From: a virus
Virus record (IMG/VR): IMGVR_UViG_3300046532_001566
Location: 52,086 to 116,085 of that record
Direction: 5' to 3' (one strand)
DNA length: 64,000 nucleotides
Of this stretch, positions 18,534 to 28,093 are shown piece by piece (position 1 is the first letter of the stretch; each line of letters starts with the position of its first letter). The notes under the pieces were generated by a model that saw only the letters and a program-made list of their open reading frames with translations, was not told where the DNA came from and made no database searches. Both the position numbers and the translations under genes were made by a program.

Positions 18534-19052
18534 TTATTTATTGTGACCCACACGATTTAAGATGGCTTGCACTAGATCGTTACGGTTAGCAATTACAGTT
18601 TCATCAGCATCAATGATATTATCATCACTTTTATCTGTTTGGTTTAATCTAGCTTTTTTAAGCTGTAATTCAACCATTTTCAACTTTTTCTCTAACTTAG
18701 ATGTTTTAGCATCAACTGATATCTTTAATAACTGGGCGGCTACTTCAAAAACTTTTCCAGCATTTCTGTCATCAACATTAAATCCTAAATCCATCAATCT
18801 ATCACTTTGTTCTTCTGCTTTACTAGCAAGTCCGTCTAATTCTCTCTCCGATTGCGCCATATCAGTAACAGTAGGAAGGGCCATATCAATACGGCTAGCC
18901 ATGTCTATTACTGCCTGAGCTGATCTAATGTCATCAGCTATACTAGGCTCGATAAGCACATCTGGAAGTGTGTTGTTTTTTAGCTCAGTGTCTGTCTTTT
19001 CTTCATCTACTTCGGGAGAAAAGCCAAACACTTCTTCTAATTTCTTAGTCAT
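18534..19052 (-). CDS. gp16: Terminase small subunit (gp16-like)
   Basis: KVFEVAAQLLK matches the gp16 'aYEVagqLik' helix. Coiled-coil, near gp17. Confidence 0.6.
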   Translation of the reverse strand: MTKKLEEVFGFSPEVDEEKTDTELKNNTLPDVLIEPSIADDIRSAQAVIDMASRIDMALPTVTDMAQSERELDGLASKAEEQSDRLMDLGFNVDDRNAGKVFEVAAQLLKISVDAKTSKLEKKLKMVELQLKKARLNQTDKSDDNIIDADETVIANRNDLVQAILNRVGHNK

Positions 19053-19107
19053 GCATATACTTATGACAATAGAAGTACTAAGTGGCTCGGAATAGACTTA
19101 AAATGTG

Positions 19108-19560
19108 TTACTTTCGTCTAGTACGAGTCGGACTTGCTTTATTAAACAAGTGTTCTTCTGTTATTATACGGAATTGACAGCCCATACTTTTGCACCAAGC
19201 TCTGGCCGCTTCCCATTTAGCCATATTAAGCACTACTGCCATTTTTTCTTTTTGACTACGGGCTGATTCTAATGTAACCTGGGATCTAGGTTTAACTTCA
19301 ATTAATTCTGCTTTACGAGAGTTGCCTTTACCTTCATATGTAATTAAAAAATCAGGGACGTATGTTGTCTGTTTTCCTGTAAATGGATTTCTATATGGTA
19401 TTCGAACTACTTCACTTCCCCAAGATATAATATTAGGATTATTATCACAAAATCTCATAAAGGTTAATTCCCAGCCACTTCGATAACGCGGAGAACCTTT
19501 ACCTGTGTACTTGTCTTGATTGAGTACTGTATATAAACCTTGTTTAAAATTATTAGCCAT
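19108..19560 (-). CDS. gp4: Head completion nuclease (T4 gp4, TnsA-like)
   Basis: YRSGWE..FM..CD, WGSE..IPY, YVPDF, IEVKP and KWEAA motifs. Confidence 0.88.
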   Translation of the reverse strand: MANNFKQGLYTVLNQDKYTGKGSPRYRSGWELTFMRFCDNNPNIISWGSEVVRIPYRNPFTGKQTTYVPDFLITYEGKGNSRKAELIEVKPRSQVTLESARSQKEKMAVVLNMAKWEAARAWCKSMGCQFRIITEEHLFNKASPTRTRRK

Positions 19561-19562
19561 GT

Positions 19563-19943
19563 TTAAGTGCCAGTTTCGGTTAATAGCGCCTCATCTGGAT
19601 CCTGTGTAGTAATTAATTCACCTGCTTGAGTTGTATAAGCATAATCATAATTATTAACTCGAAACTCTCTTAATACAATTGGAGGAATAGCTAACTTTCC
19701 TTTTACATTATAAGAAATTCCATTAGGTAAATTATTAGAATTAATACTATCTAATATAGGTTGTGTGACTACTAATTTTCCAGTAATAGTTGCCTGAGTA
19801 ATAATTGAATTAAAATCTAATCCTAAATCAGTACTTGCTTTCCATAGATTTTGCACAACATTTTCTGCTGGTGTTCTTCCTAATCCAAGTCCTAGTACCT
19901 TCTGTACAGCTTTATCAAATTGTACCTGTGGAATTATACTCAT
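19563..19943 (-). CDS. Hypothetical protein
   Basis: 126-aa ORF coupled to its neighbours. Confidence 0.65.
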   Translation of the reverse strand: MSIIPQVQFDKAVQKVLGLGLGRTPAENVVQNLWKASTDLGLDFNSIITQATITGKLVVTQPILDSINSNNLPNGISYNVKGKLAIPPIVLREFRVNNYDYAYTTQAGELITTQDPDEALLTETGT

Positions 19944-21082
19944 GTGCCTTTTCCTATCGACGATCTTACAATATTATCAGAGTTTTGTATTGATTTTCTC
20001 AAATCTTTATTACGGCTAAGGTTAAGTACTCGGAGTGCCTTTAGTTGTTCCTTTGAGGCGTTCTTTTTAAAAGCCGCTAGTTTTCCTGGACCGTGTTGTT
20101 CATCTGTTTGTTGAACTATTTTTACTATTTCTCTAGATTCTGTTGGACTAAGAGGAATCTTTTTATTTTTATTAACAGCATTAATAATTCTTTGTCCGTT
20201 TGTAGATATAACTTGTTCCATAGCAATACCAAGAGCTGGATCTGTTTTATCTGCAGGTTTTTTATCTAATTTATTAGTAGATACTATGCTCTCAGCTTGA
20301 GCCACTGTTTCTGTTCCATCTGCATTTTTTCTGATAACTGTCGCCTTTGTTCTAGTAGTTCTTCCAGTTATAATATTGCTTTGAGTTTCGTTTGGCTCAG
20401 GTGTTTTCGTAGCTTCAGGAGCCTTGTCAGGATCAAATTTTCTAATATAATTGCCTGGTTTTTGAATATCAACATTACTAAAGTTAGCAGTAGCAGTTTT
20501 ATGCCAGGACATAAATTCATATCTAATAGTTAATGTCCATAATACAACATCACTTGATGAATAATCAACTGTGTCATGTTGAGCATCAACTACATAAGCA
20601 TTATATAATGTATATTCTTTGGCGGCGTCGATGATCTCGGCGTCGTCATCGCCGTCTGAGCTAGGGTCGATGAGACTACCTCCAGATGTCTGATGCATTA
20701 ATAATTTAACAGTCATAGGAGTATGATTTAAATTTTTAGAACCGTCTGTTGCATCAAATTGTCCTTTTACTGCATTGCTTATAAATTCTTCTACTTTATC
20801 ATTTTGTTGATCATAAAATGATATTGTGATTGGTTCAAAATTCATTTTTGTTTGTATAACTGATTTATGGTTGTACTGATTAACAACTTGACTATCAATA
20901 GTCCAACGTGGAAGTTCAAATGTTTTTAAAGTAAAAGAAGATGATATATCTTCTTGCTCGTCAAGAACAAAACTTGCAATCCATTGATACTTTAGATATG
21001 GAGAATTATCAGAAACAGTTCCTTCTGCTGTCTGAGACAAATTTCCAAATTGTTTAAATCCATAGTTGTTAAATGATCCCAT
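19940..21082 (-). CDS. Tail-tube-fold paralogue (gp48/gp54-like) with C-terminal extension
   Basis: FELPRW...NQYN...FEPITISFYD...TLTIRYE is a gp19-like pattern. Follows the tube gene. Confidence 0.65.
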   Translation of the reverse strand: MGSFNNYGFKQFGNLSQTAEGTVSDNSPYLKYQWIASFVLDEQEDISSSFTLKTFELPRWTIDSQVVNQYNHKSVIQTKMNFEPITISFYDQQNDKVEEFISNAVKGQFDATDGSKNLNHTPMTVKLLMHQTSGGSLIDPSSDGDDDAEIIDAAKEYTLYNAYVVDAQHDTVDYSSSDVVLWTLTIRYEFMSWHKTATANFSNVDIQKPGNYIRKFDPDKAPEATKTPEPNETQSNIITGRTTRTKATVIRKNADGTETVAQAESIVSTNKLDKKPADKTDPALGIAMEQVISTNGQRIINAVNKNKKIPLSPTESREIVKIVQQTDEQHGPGKLAAFKKNASKEQLKALRVLNLSRNKDLRKSIQNSDNIVRSSIGKGT

Positions 21083-21105
21083 TACAGTTTCTCCATTAAT
21101 CGTAA

Positions 21106-21168
21106 CAAAAGGGCCTTACGGCCCTTTTGCTTTATTCTAGTAAGCAAAACGTTGCCGTCTTACTTACT
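21106..21168 (-). terminator. Two tandem GNRA hairpins after the tail tube gene
   Basis: 13-bp stem with GCAA loop (21139-21168), then CAAAAGGGCC-GTAA-GGCCCTTTTG (21106-21129). Confidence 0.75.
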
Positions 21169-21191
21169 TATCATTTTAATTAACTACTAGT

Positions 21192-21791
21192 TTAATTGTT
21201 GCCAGTAGTTGAGTTGTCTGTCTCTGTAATACCACCGGTACCTTCTAATGCCGCTGTTCCTCCAATTGAATGATTAGCATTATCAAATTTAATCATAACT
21301 GTAATAACTAATGGATCACTTGTAGCATAGTTGTTCTCACCGTAGTTGATGTTTTGGATATAGCAACCTGCTAATTCCCAACTATCAAGAACATTCGTTT
21401 CTGAACTACCGTCTAAGTTGTCGATTATTGTTACAAACTTGTAGTTACCGCCGGAATTTTGTCCGGATTGTGCCGAATGGTCCATTTGCTTCTGTAACTG
21501 TTTAGCTAGTTGATTGCCAACTGCACCAGTTATATCGTCTCTTACTGTTAACGTAATAGGATCCCATGTATGCTTACCAGCCATAAAGATCCTAGAGTTG
21601 TAAACGTCAAGAACAATGTCGTCATGCGTTACACTAGGACGACTAACACTTACCACTTGACTAGTTAACTCTGTTTCGTCTCCTTCGCCTAATTGAGTAA
21701 AGGTAACCCGAAATCTATAAGATAACTTAGGACTAACAAGTGCGGCATCCGTTGTTCCCGGAACGTTAAATTTACTTACTGAAACTGCCAT
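21192..21791 (-). CDS. gp19: Tail tube protein (gp19-like)
   Basis: PKLSYRFRVTF, AGKHTWDPITLTVRDD and W.L.GC motifs. Follows the sheath gene. Confidence 0.9.
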   Translation of the reverse strand: MAVSVSKFNVPGTTDAALVSPKLSYRFRVTFTQLGEGDETELTSQVVSVSRPSVTHDDIVLDVYNSRIFMAGKHTWDPITLTVRDDITGAVGNQLAKQLQKQMDHSAQSGQNSGGNYKFVTIIDNLDGSSETNVLDSWELAGCYIQNINYGENNYATSDPLVITVMIKFDNANHSIGGTAALEGTGGITETDNSTTGNN

Positions 21792-21813
21792 TTTCTTATC
21801 TCCTTGTGTTTAT

Positions 21814-24174
21814 TTATACATTACTGCCGGCGATCGCGCCGGTGTTGACAACACGAATTGGAATATAGATAAATTCAGCCGCTTTAACTGGCTCAATTGC
21901 AATATCAATATATAATTCGTTTCTGTCTATTCTTGCGTTTGTGTTGTTTGTTTTATCACAAACTACTAAGAAATCGTATACAGCTCTCTTAGAAACCATA
22001 TCTGCCATAAAAGCATTGAACACTAATAATATACGATCTCGTGTAATCTTATCGTTTGGTTCAAATATGAACGGACGGGCTACAATATCAAATCTTTCAC
22101 GCAAGTGAGCTAGTAGACGTGCAACGTTTACTCGATCAAGTGCTGAAGAGAACGGATGAAGTGTCTTCTGTCCCCAAAGGTAAAGTCCCGTTCCTGGGAA
22201 GTTAACTAATGGGTTAAGATTCTTTTCATAAAGTGCATCACGTTGTCCATTATTAAGTGCAATATTCTTAAACTCATTCTCTGATGTAACAACACCAAAG
22301 TTACTAACACCACTTGCTTGTCCTCTGGTTAAACCAGCTGGAGCAAACCATGGATAAGCTACTTCATCGTTATAAGCATATGCTCTTAGTACTGCATGAC
22401 TAGCTGGTACTGCAACATCATTTCCTGACAAGTCAGTTGATAGTGCTGAAGGGTAGTAAAGTGCAATCGACGCATTTCTTGTTGTCAATCCATCTTCACC
22501 GTTAGTACCTGCATTTGTTCCAAGTGCCCATGTATTAATATCTGATGTTCTACTAGAAAGTTTCATAGGAGTATCAGCAATAATAAATGCAGTTTCCTTA
22601 CGATCAATATTTAGTGTTAACATCTCATCAATACACTCAGGATATCCTGGAGTTGCAATTAAGTTAAATGTAAGAGTTTCGTCTCTTAATTCTTCACCGC
22701 CTGTTAAGATTGATTGTAATCTTTTAGCAACAACACGGCGTTGAGCTTTATCAAACGCATACAGAGAACCAGCTTTTGGTCCAGAGTCTCTATTTCCTGA
22801 TTCGCTTTGGAAGAATCCTTCTGCCTTATTCCATTTCTTAACGTTACCAGAACTTACTGCTGTATTAAACAGTAGAATTCCTTGTGGGAAGAAAAATGGA
22901 TTTGGTGATTCGTCATCCATTGCTGTAGCAACACCACCTGCTCCTGATGTATCTCCCGGAGTTGCTGTTAAGTCATTAAACAGTACACCATTTGGAGTAG
23001 TTTGATCTGCATTATCATGAGATACAAAATCTGTTCCATCATATTGTTTAATGAAAGGATAGTTTACCATATCGTTTGTATCAACCCAAACATCACCAGT
23101 AATCGGTGAGGCAGGTTCGATAGTGTCAACAGTAACATTTGAGATTGGCTCCCAACCTGATGTGTTTCTTTTATAAATGTCAACATCATCTCCAGCATCA
23201 TACCAAAGTGTACCATCTGCAATATCACCAACTGGTGCTGTTGCTTTAACTTCTTGTGTATTTGCTGAAAAAATTGAACCATCATATCTACGAACTTCAA
23301 AGTTTGCTTCAGTTGCTACTGGAACCCTAATGTAAATATCATTTGCATCTAACGATACACCAAATGCCGTTGCGGCCGCTGTATCATCAGCATATGCAAC
23401 TAGTTGATCTGGAAGATTTGGTCCAATAATCTGTTGATTGAAAGCACCAGTTGAAGAACTGTACTTCTTAACAACAGGCTTAAAGCCGTTGTTTGGTGAA
23501 GTTACTTTAAACCAAACATCACCTGATGTTGGTGTTGGAAAATCATAGTGAGGTGCAATATTAACTGAACCTGTAATTGTTGCAGATGTTAGTTTTACCC
23601 AAACACCTGATTCGTTTTTATAAAATTCTTTTAGAGCAAGTGACACATCAAGGGCATAATCCCCATCTGAACCACCTGTTGGTGCTCCATCAAACAATTT
23701 TACTGTTTGTTGGATCCATGCAGTTCCATTTCCTTCAAAAATTCCAAAGGAGGTTGAAGCTGTATCAAACCAATATGTGTTATTTAAAGGTTCGCCTGTT
23801 GGGGCGACCGCTAGTGGTTCCATTTCTTCTACGTTTAAATCTGCACGACAAATAATTGCTCTGTTTGCTACGCCTAAATAGTAATAAGCGGCAAGTAAGC
23901 CATATTCGTTTAATTCATGTCCGTGTACAGGAGTACCGTCTACGATTGTAAATTCTGGTTCTCCGTATAATTGAACGAGTTCTCTTTGACTAGTTATAGT
24001 AAGAGGTAATCCAGCATATTTGGACTTAGTGTACTCTGCAATAGTGCCGTCTGGTGCAAGTTTATTAGATCTTGTTGCAACAAAAATTGCAGGAACTGTT
24101 CCATTACCGGCGGATGCATATGCGGATTCGTCTATGACGGATACGCTAACACCTGGGGAAACTAAAGTTGCCAT
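21814..24174 (-). CDS. gp18: Tail sheath protein (gp18-like)
   Basis: LVSPGVSV, PWFAPAGLTRG, WGQKTL, LDRVNVARL, FEPND and KAAEFIYI motifs. Confidence 0.95.
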   Translation of the reverse strand: MATLVSPGVSVSVIDESAYASAGNGTVPAIFVATRSNKLAPDGTIAEYTKSKYAGLPLTITSQRELVQLYGEPEFTIVDGTPVHGHELNEYGLLAAYYYLGVANRAIICRADLNVEEMEPLAVAPTGEPLNNTYWFDTASTSFGIFEGNGTAWIQQTVKLFDGAPTGGSDGDYALDVSLALKEFYKNESGVWVKLTSATITGSVNIAPHYDFPTPTSGDVWFKVTSPNNGFKPVVKKYSSSTGAFNQQIIGPNLPDQLVAYADDTAAATAFGVSLDANDIYIRVPVATEANFEVRRYDGSIFSANTQEVKATAPVGDIADGTLWYDAGDDVDIYKRNTSGWEPISNVTVDTIEPASPITGDVWVDTNDMVNYPFIKQYDGTDFVSHDNADQTTPNGVLFNDLTATPGDTSGAGGVATAMDDESPNPFFFPQGILLFNTAVSSGNVKKWNKAEGFFQSESGNRDSGPKAGSLYAFDKAQRRVVAKRLQSILTGGEELRDETLTFNLIATPGYPECIDEMLTLNIDRKETAFIIADTPMKLSSRTSDINTWALGTNAGTNGEDGLTTRNASIALYYPSALSTDLSGNDVAVPASHAVLRAYAYNDEVAYPWFAPAGLTRGQASGVSNFGVVTSENEFKNIALNNGQRDALYEKNLNPLVNFPGTGLYLWGQKTLHPFSSALDRVNVARLLAHLRERFDIVARPFIFEPNDKITRDRILLVFNAFMADMVSKRAVYDFLVVCDKTNNTNARIDRNELYIDIAIEPVKAAEFIYIPIRVVNTGAIAGSNV

Positions 24175-24277
24175 TATATTTTTCTCCGAGTTAAATTAAT
24201 TTCTAGGGCATCAGCCCTTCTCAAGCATATTTAGCAAACTGGAGCAAAAAACCGGCTATTTATAAGGGTATGTTATT

Positions 24278-24808
24278 TTACTGATCTGAGGACAACGTTG
24301 TGCTTTTTAAATTAAGTTTGTTTCTTGCAAGCATATCAACATTAAAAACAAGCCTGTCTAAATCACTATTATTATCAATAGTAAAATCGCACATCCATTG
24401 TTCAATACTCATACTACTGGGATCTTCACTAGGTAAATGATCTCCTCTGTCAACCCAAATAGCATAATCAAATATACCTTCATTTTGCATTGCAAAATAT
24501 TCACGTTTGTTACGCAATCCGCAGTAAATATCATGTTTTGCAAATAAATTACGACCAAGTCTTGCTAAGTCAAAACTGCAATACTCATGAATCATATTAT
24601 ACCATTCAGTACGATGGTTATGCCTATCTGCATAACACTCTTCTTCGTCTACATAATTGTATTTTTCTTTTAGATCGTTAAAAATAAAGAGTTCAGAGCA
24701 GAATTTTGAGCTTGATTGGAATGTGTAACTGTATGTTGATAACAATTCGCATACTGTATCTTTACCGTGACGTCCGTGTCCTACAACTAATAATTTTGGT
24801 AGCGGCAT
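24278..24808 (-). CDS. Deoxynucleoside monophosphate kinase-like P-loop protein
   Basis: GHGRHGKDT P-loop, R...E motif, C-terminal IDNN. Confidence 0.7.
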   Translation of the reverse strand: MPLPKLLVVGHGRHGKDTVCELLSTYSYTFQSSSKFCSELFIFNDLKEKYNYVDEEECYADRHNHRTEWYNMIHEYCSFDLARLGRNLFAKHDIYCGLRNKREYFAMQNEGIFDYAIWVDRGDHLPSEDPSSMSIEQWMCDFTIDNNSDLDRLVFNVDMLARNKLNLKSTTLSSDQ

Positions 24809-24832
24809 TTTAGATTCCTAATTTAAGTATAT

Positions 24833-24861
24833 ATTATAACAGTAATTAACACCAATGTCAA
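24833..24861 (-). promoter_or_regulatory. Consensus sigma70 promoter
   Basis: TTGACA-17nt-TATAAT upstream of the kinase. Confidence 0.8.
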
Positions 24862-24869
24862 TAGTAATG

Positions 24870-25616
24870 TTAGCCAAAGATAAAACTAATAGGAGTTCCA
24901 CCATCTACGTAATTTATTAGGTCTTGATCTAATTTCTCAATTTCTGCTTGGGATTGGGCAATAAGGTCGTTACCGTTTAATGTAACACCACCACCCGGGC
25001 CTGCTAACGAACCAAACTTACTACGAGCTTGTCCTAATGCCATTTTTGCAGTTGCTAAAGCATAATCCTTTAACCAAGGTTGGGCATGCGAGTCTGCTAA
25101 TAGCATTTCATCTGGTTTATAATTATAAGTGTGTAGAATACATTCCTCGTCACTTCTAATTTTTCGTTGTAGGTGTAATTGCTTAGAAACTTCATTCCAG
25201 TTAAAGATAATATAAGCACCAAACATCTTACCCATTTGTTCTCTATAACCCATATATAATTCAAAAGTAGCAAGTCCGCCACCTCTACCAGCATTAAGCA
25301 TATACATGTTTAAATACCCTGCCTCAAATGGCTCAAAGTCAGTTGCACTGGCAGAAATACCACCTGCGTTCCTTCTATATATTTGTCTAACCTCAATAAT
25401 CTCGTTTGGCAAAGTATATGTACTTTGTTGAGGCTGTAGTTTAAGCACTAAGAAACTTTCTTCGACTGCTCTGCTACTACGTTGGCGGTACTTGGCAACT
25501 GCTTTATCAATTGCCATATCATAATGATCTTTATCCAACTCAACATCAATCATTCCTTCACCGAGGTTTAATTGAATATATTTTATAACTTTGTTGCGTT
25601 CTGTAGTAATTGCCAT
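24870..25616 (-). CDS. gp13: Neck protein (gp13-like)
   Basis: LGEGMIDVELD, WLKDYALA..K, and KF...GPGGGVTLNG motifs. Confidence 0.88.
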   Translation of the reverse strand: MAITTERNKVIKYIQLNLGEGMIDVELDKDHYDMAIDKAVAKYRQRSSRAVEESFLVLKLQPQQSTYTLPNEIIEVRQIYRRNAGGISASATDFEPFEAGYLNMYMLNAGRGGGLATFELYMGYREQMGKMFGAYIIFNWNEVSKQLHLQRKIRSDEECILHTYNYKPDEMLLADSHAQPWLKDYALATAKMALGQARSKFGSLAGPGGGVTLNGNDLIAQSQAEIEKLDQDLINYVDGGTPISFIFG

Positions 25617-25666
25617 AAATTAGCCTCCATGTTATTTATGGCAACTAGATCGAAATATATCAGTAT

Positions 25667-26881
25667 CTACTTTATAACTTTAAGCAATATAGTCTCTGGT
25701 GAGATACGTGGACGCAATCTCACCTCTGTTCCTTTAATATTACCTAAGAATTTACGCAATTCAGCTCTACTAGACGATTTCCATTTAGTAAGTTGCTCTT
25801 CAGGTTTACGCAACGTTTTAGAAATGCTCCTAGTTTCATCTTGTCCAATAATACTAGTGCTTTTAACTGTTAGATAAGACACTGTCATATCATTATGCTT
25901 TGTAGAAACAAATCTTCCTAGTTTCCTTGTTTTGGTATTATATGTCCAAAGCTCTGAACATTCTATAATATCCCTAGGATCAATACTTTTAAATTCCAGG
26001 TCGCCGAGTTTAAACGTCTTAAGGTATTTGAGATTTCGTACAACCTTGTCTGGAGTAACTATTCTCTTCTTTGGTTTTGCTCTAGTTGAAATCTTCATCG
26101 ACTTATATGCATTAGCACCATCAATAATCGACTGTATAAATTTGATGAAGTTTTTTGCATCTCGTTTGCCTAGATGTGCATATGCTTCATTTAATTGTTC
26201 ACATTCACCTTTTAGGTATTCTTCTATTTCTACAATTAATGGCTTATAAAATTCAACAATCTTTGGAGCAGAATTTGCGGCTAACCCTTGTGTATTAAGA
26301 AATTTGTAAGTATCAAAACTCTTCCCTTCAAGTGTAAAATCGTCAACTGCTCCTTCAATCTCTCCAATTATTTCATATAACTGTTCTCGCAAACGATCCT
26401 GGATAGTCTCTTTAGGTACTACTCTTTTTCCCTCGATTGCTTTCTTTTCTTCAACAATAGTTAATCCTATGTTATAAAGTTCGTCTAAAATTTTATGCAA
26501 ATATTCACTTAGAGGAGCAACTGTTCCCATAGTTCCTGCAAGTGATTCCCAATGTTCAATATATGCAGGGTGTGTATCTGGCCATCCTCTTGATAGCAAT
26601 CTAGCACTTGCTCCTACACTAGGTCCATACCTATTATCTGAGACTTTATTAAGAGTGCTTGCTTTATCTTTATAATCTGGATGGGCTTTTGCATAAGCAA
26701 CTATCCAAGTTTTATAATCGGAATTTTTTCGTTCCAATCGGTAATATTCAACAATACGACGGTACAGTTTGCTATATTCTGGTCCAGTAAGTGTTTCAAC
26801 GTTCTCAAATTGAGGTTCACCGGTGTTTACACGCCTAGCGGCACGGGGTTTCTTCTTCTTTGTTACTTTTGGCAAGGCCAT
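25667..26881 (-). CDS. Hypothetical early protein
   Basis: 404-aa basic ORF under the early-type promoter at 26915-26948. Confidence 0.75.
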   Translation of the reverse strand: MALPKVTKKKKPRAARRVNTGEPQFENVETLTGPEYSKLYRRIVEYYRLERKNSDYKTWIVAYAKAHPDYKDKASTLNKVSDNRYGPSVGASARLLSRGWPDTHPAYIEHWESLAGTMGTVAPLSEYLHKILDELYNIGLTIVEEKKAIEGKRVVPKETIQDRLREQLYEIIGEIEGAVDDFTLEGKSFDTYKFLNTQGLAANSAPKIVEFYKPLIVEIEEYLKGECEQLNEAYAHLGKRDAKNFIKFIQSIIDGANAYKSMKISTRAKPKKRIVTPDKVVRNLKYLKTFKLGDLEFKSIDPRDIIECSELWTYNTKTRKLGRFVSTKHNDMTVSYLTVKSTSIIGQDETRSISKTLRKPEEQLTKWKSSSRAELRKFLGNIKGTEVRLRPRISPETILLKVIK

Positions 26882-26914
26882 GGATTGAACTCCTATTTCT
26901 GACTAACTATAGTA

Positions 26915-26948
26915 AGTATACACTCTTTATCCCTTGGAGTCAACCTTT
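26915..26948 (-). promoter_or_regulatory. Early promoter (AAAGG-TTGACT-17-TATACT)
   Basis: Third copy of the extended motif. Confidence 0.7.
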
Positions 26949-26992
26949 ATTTTAGATACGGTAAATACAATATAAGATACGAAGGAGTTTTT

Positions 26993-28093
26993 ATGCCAAG
27001 AATTCAGCTTTGGAATAGCGAAAAAGGAAACGATTATCACTATCAAGATCGCCTTATACGGGAAGCCGTTAATGCCGGTGGTACGTCAATTTATGTACAC
27101 AAATACCTAGGTCCTGCTTCACAAGGAGAGACTGGTGATCCTGCACAACCAAATTTATCTGCACAAGGTGATGTTTCGGAATTAGATATCCAAGACTTAT
27201 TGTTTCTAGAAAATAGAGATAGGATATATGATACCACTATTTACGAATTAAGAGGAACATATAATGTTGCAGATCAAGATTTTGATTTAAGCCAATTTGG
27301 ATTGTTTTTAAGTGCTGATACTGTTTTTATCACATTCCATACAAACGATATGGCCGCAATACTTGGTAGAAAACTTATGGCAGGTGATGTTATAGAGCTA
27401 CCTCATTTAAATGACGACTTGCTATTAGATGCTACTAAAAAGAGCATTAACAAATTTTATGTAGTAAATGATGCATCAAGGGCCGCAGAAGGATTTGGTC
27501 CAACATGGTGGCCTCATTTATGGAGAATTAAGGCCGCGCCAATGATGGATGCACAAGAATACAGAGGCATACTTGGTGATCCTGAAGATGAAGACAGCTT
27601 AAAGAATTCATTAAGTACATATCAAAGAGAAATTGATATATCTGAAGCTATTATTGCATCGTCGGAAGTACTAGTACCTAACTCAGGGTTATGGGACGAT
27701 TCACCATTTGCTGGAGAGAAAGAGGGTACAGAACCTACATCAATTCCAGATAGCGGACCAGTTAGTGATATAGCAGTTGGCGGGTTACCTGATAAAGGTT
27801 TAGTAAATTCAGGACTAAGTTTCCCTAATAATGCAGAACAGCAAGAATTCTTTATAAGAAGCGATTTTGTTCCAAACAGATTATTCCAGTTTATTGGCAA
27901 GAAATGGCTTAGAGTATTTGACAGTGTAGAAGAAGTAGGATTTGGTGGTGATTTGAGACCGAGGACAGTAGTTAATAAGTTTATCAATAATGATGCAATT
28001 ACACGTTCTTCTAATCCAGCTTCTGAAGGTGGAATAACTCCAGAAAAAGCAACGCTTTCGAAAGTGTTTAAGAAACCTAGGACAGATGACTAA
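26993..28093 (+). CDS. gp14: Neck/head-closure protein (gp14-like)
   Basis: DLLFLENRDR, DLSQFGL and GDVIELP motifs. Precedes the gp15-like gene. Confidence 0.75.
   Translation: MPRIQLWNSEKGNDYHYQDRLIREAVNAGGTSIYVHKYLGPASQGETGDPAQPNLSAQGDVSELDIQDLLFLENRDRIYDTTIYELRGTYNVADQDFDLSQFGLFLSADTVFITFHTNDMAAILGRKLMAGDVIELPHLNDDLLLDATKKSINKFYVVNDASRAAEGFGPTWWPHLWRIKAAPMMDAQEYRGILGDPEDEDSLKNSLSTYQREIDISEAIIASSEVLVPNSGLWDDSPFAGEKEGTEPTSIPDSGPVSDIAVGGLPDKGLVNSGLSFPNNAEQQEFFIRSDFVPNRLFQFIGKKWLRVFDSVEEVGFGGDLRPRTVVNKFINNDAITRSSNPASEGGITPEKATLSKVFKKPRTDD

Noticed and set aside
19108-19560. Tn7 TnsA transposase
   Set aside because: Sequence and context match the T4 gp4 head-completion nuclease. No tnsB/C genes or transposon ends.
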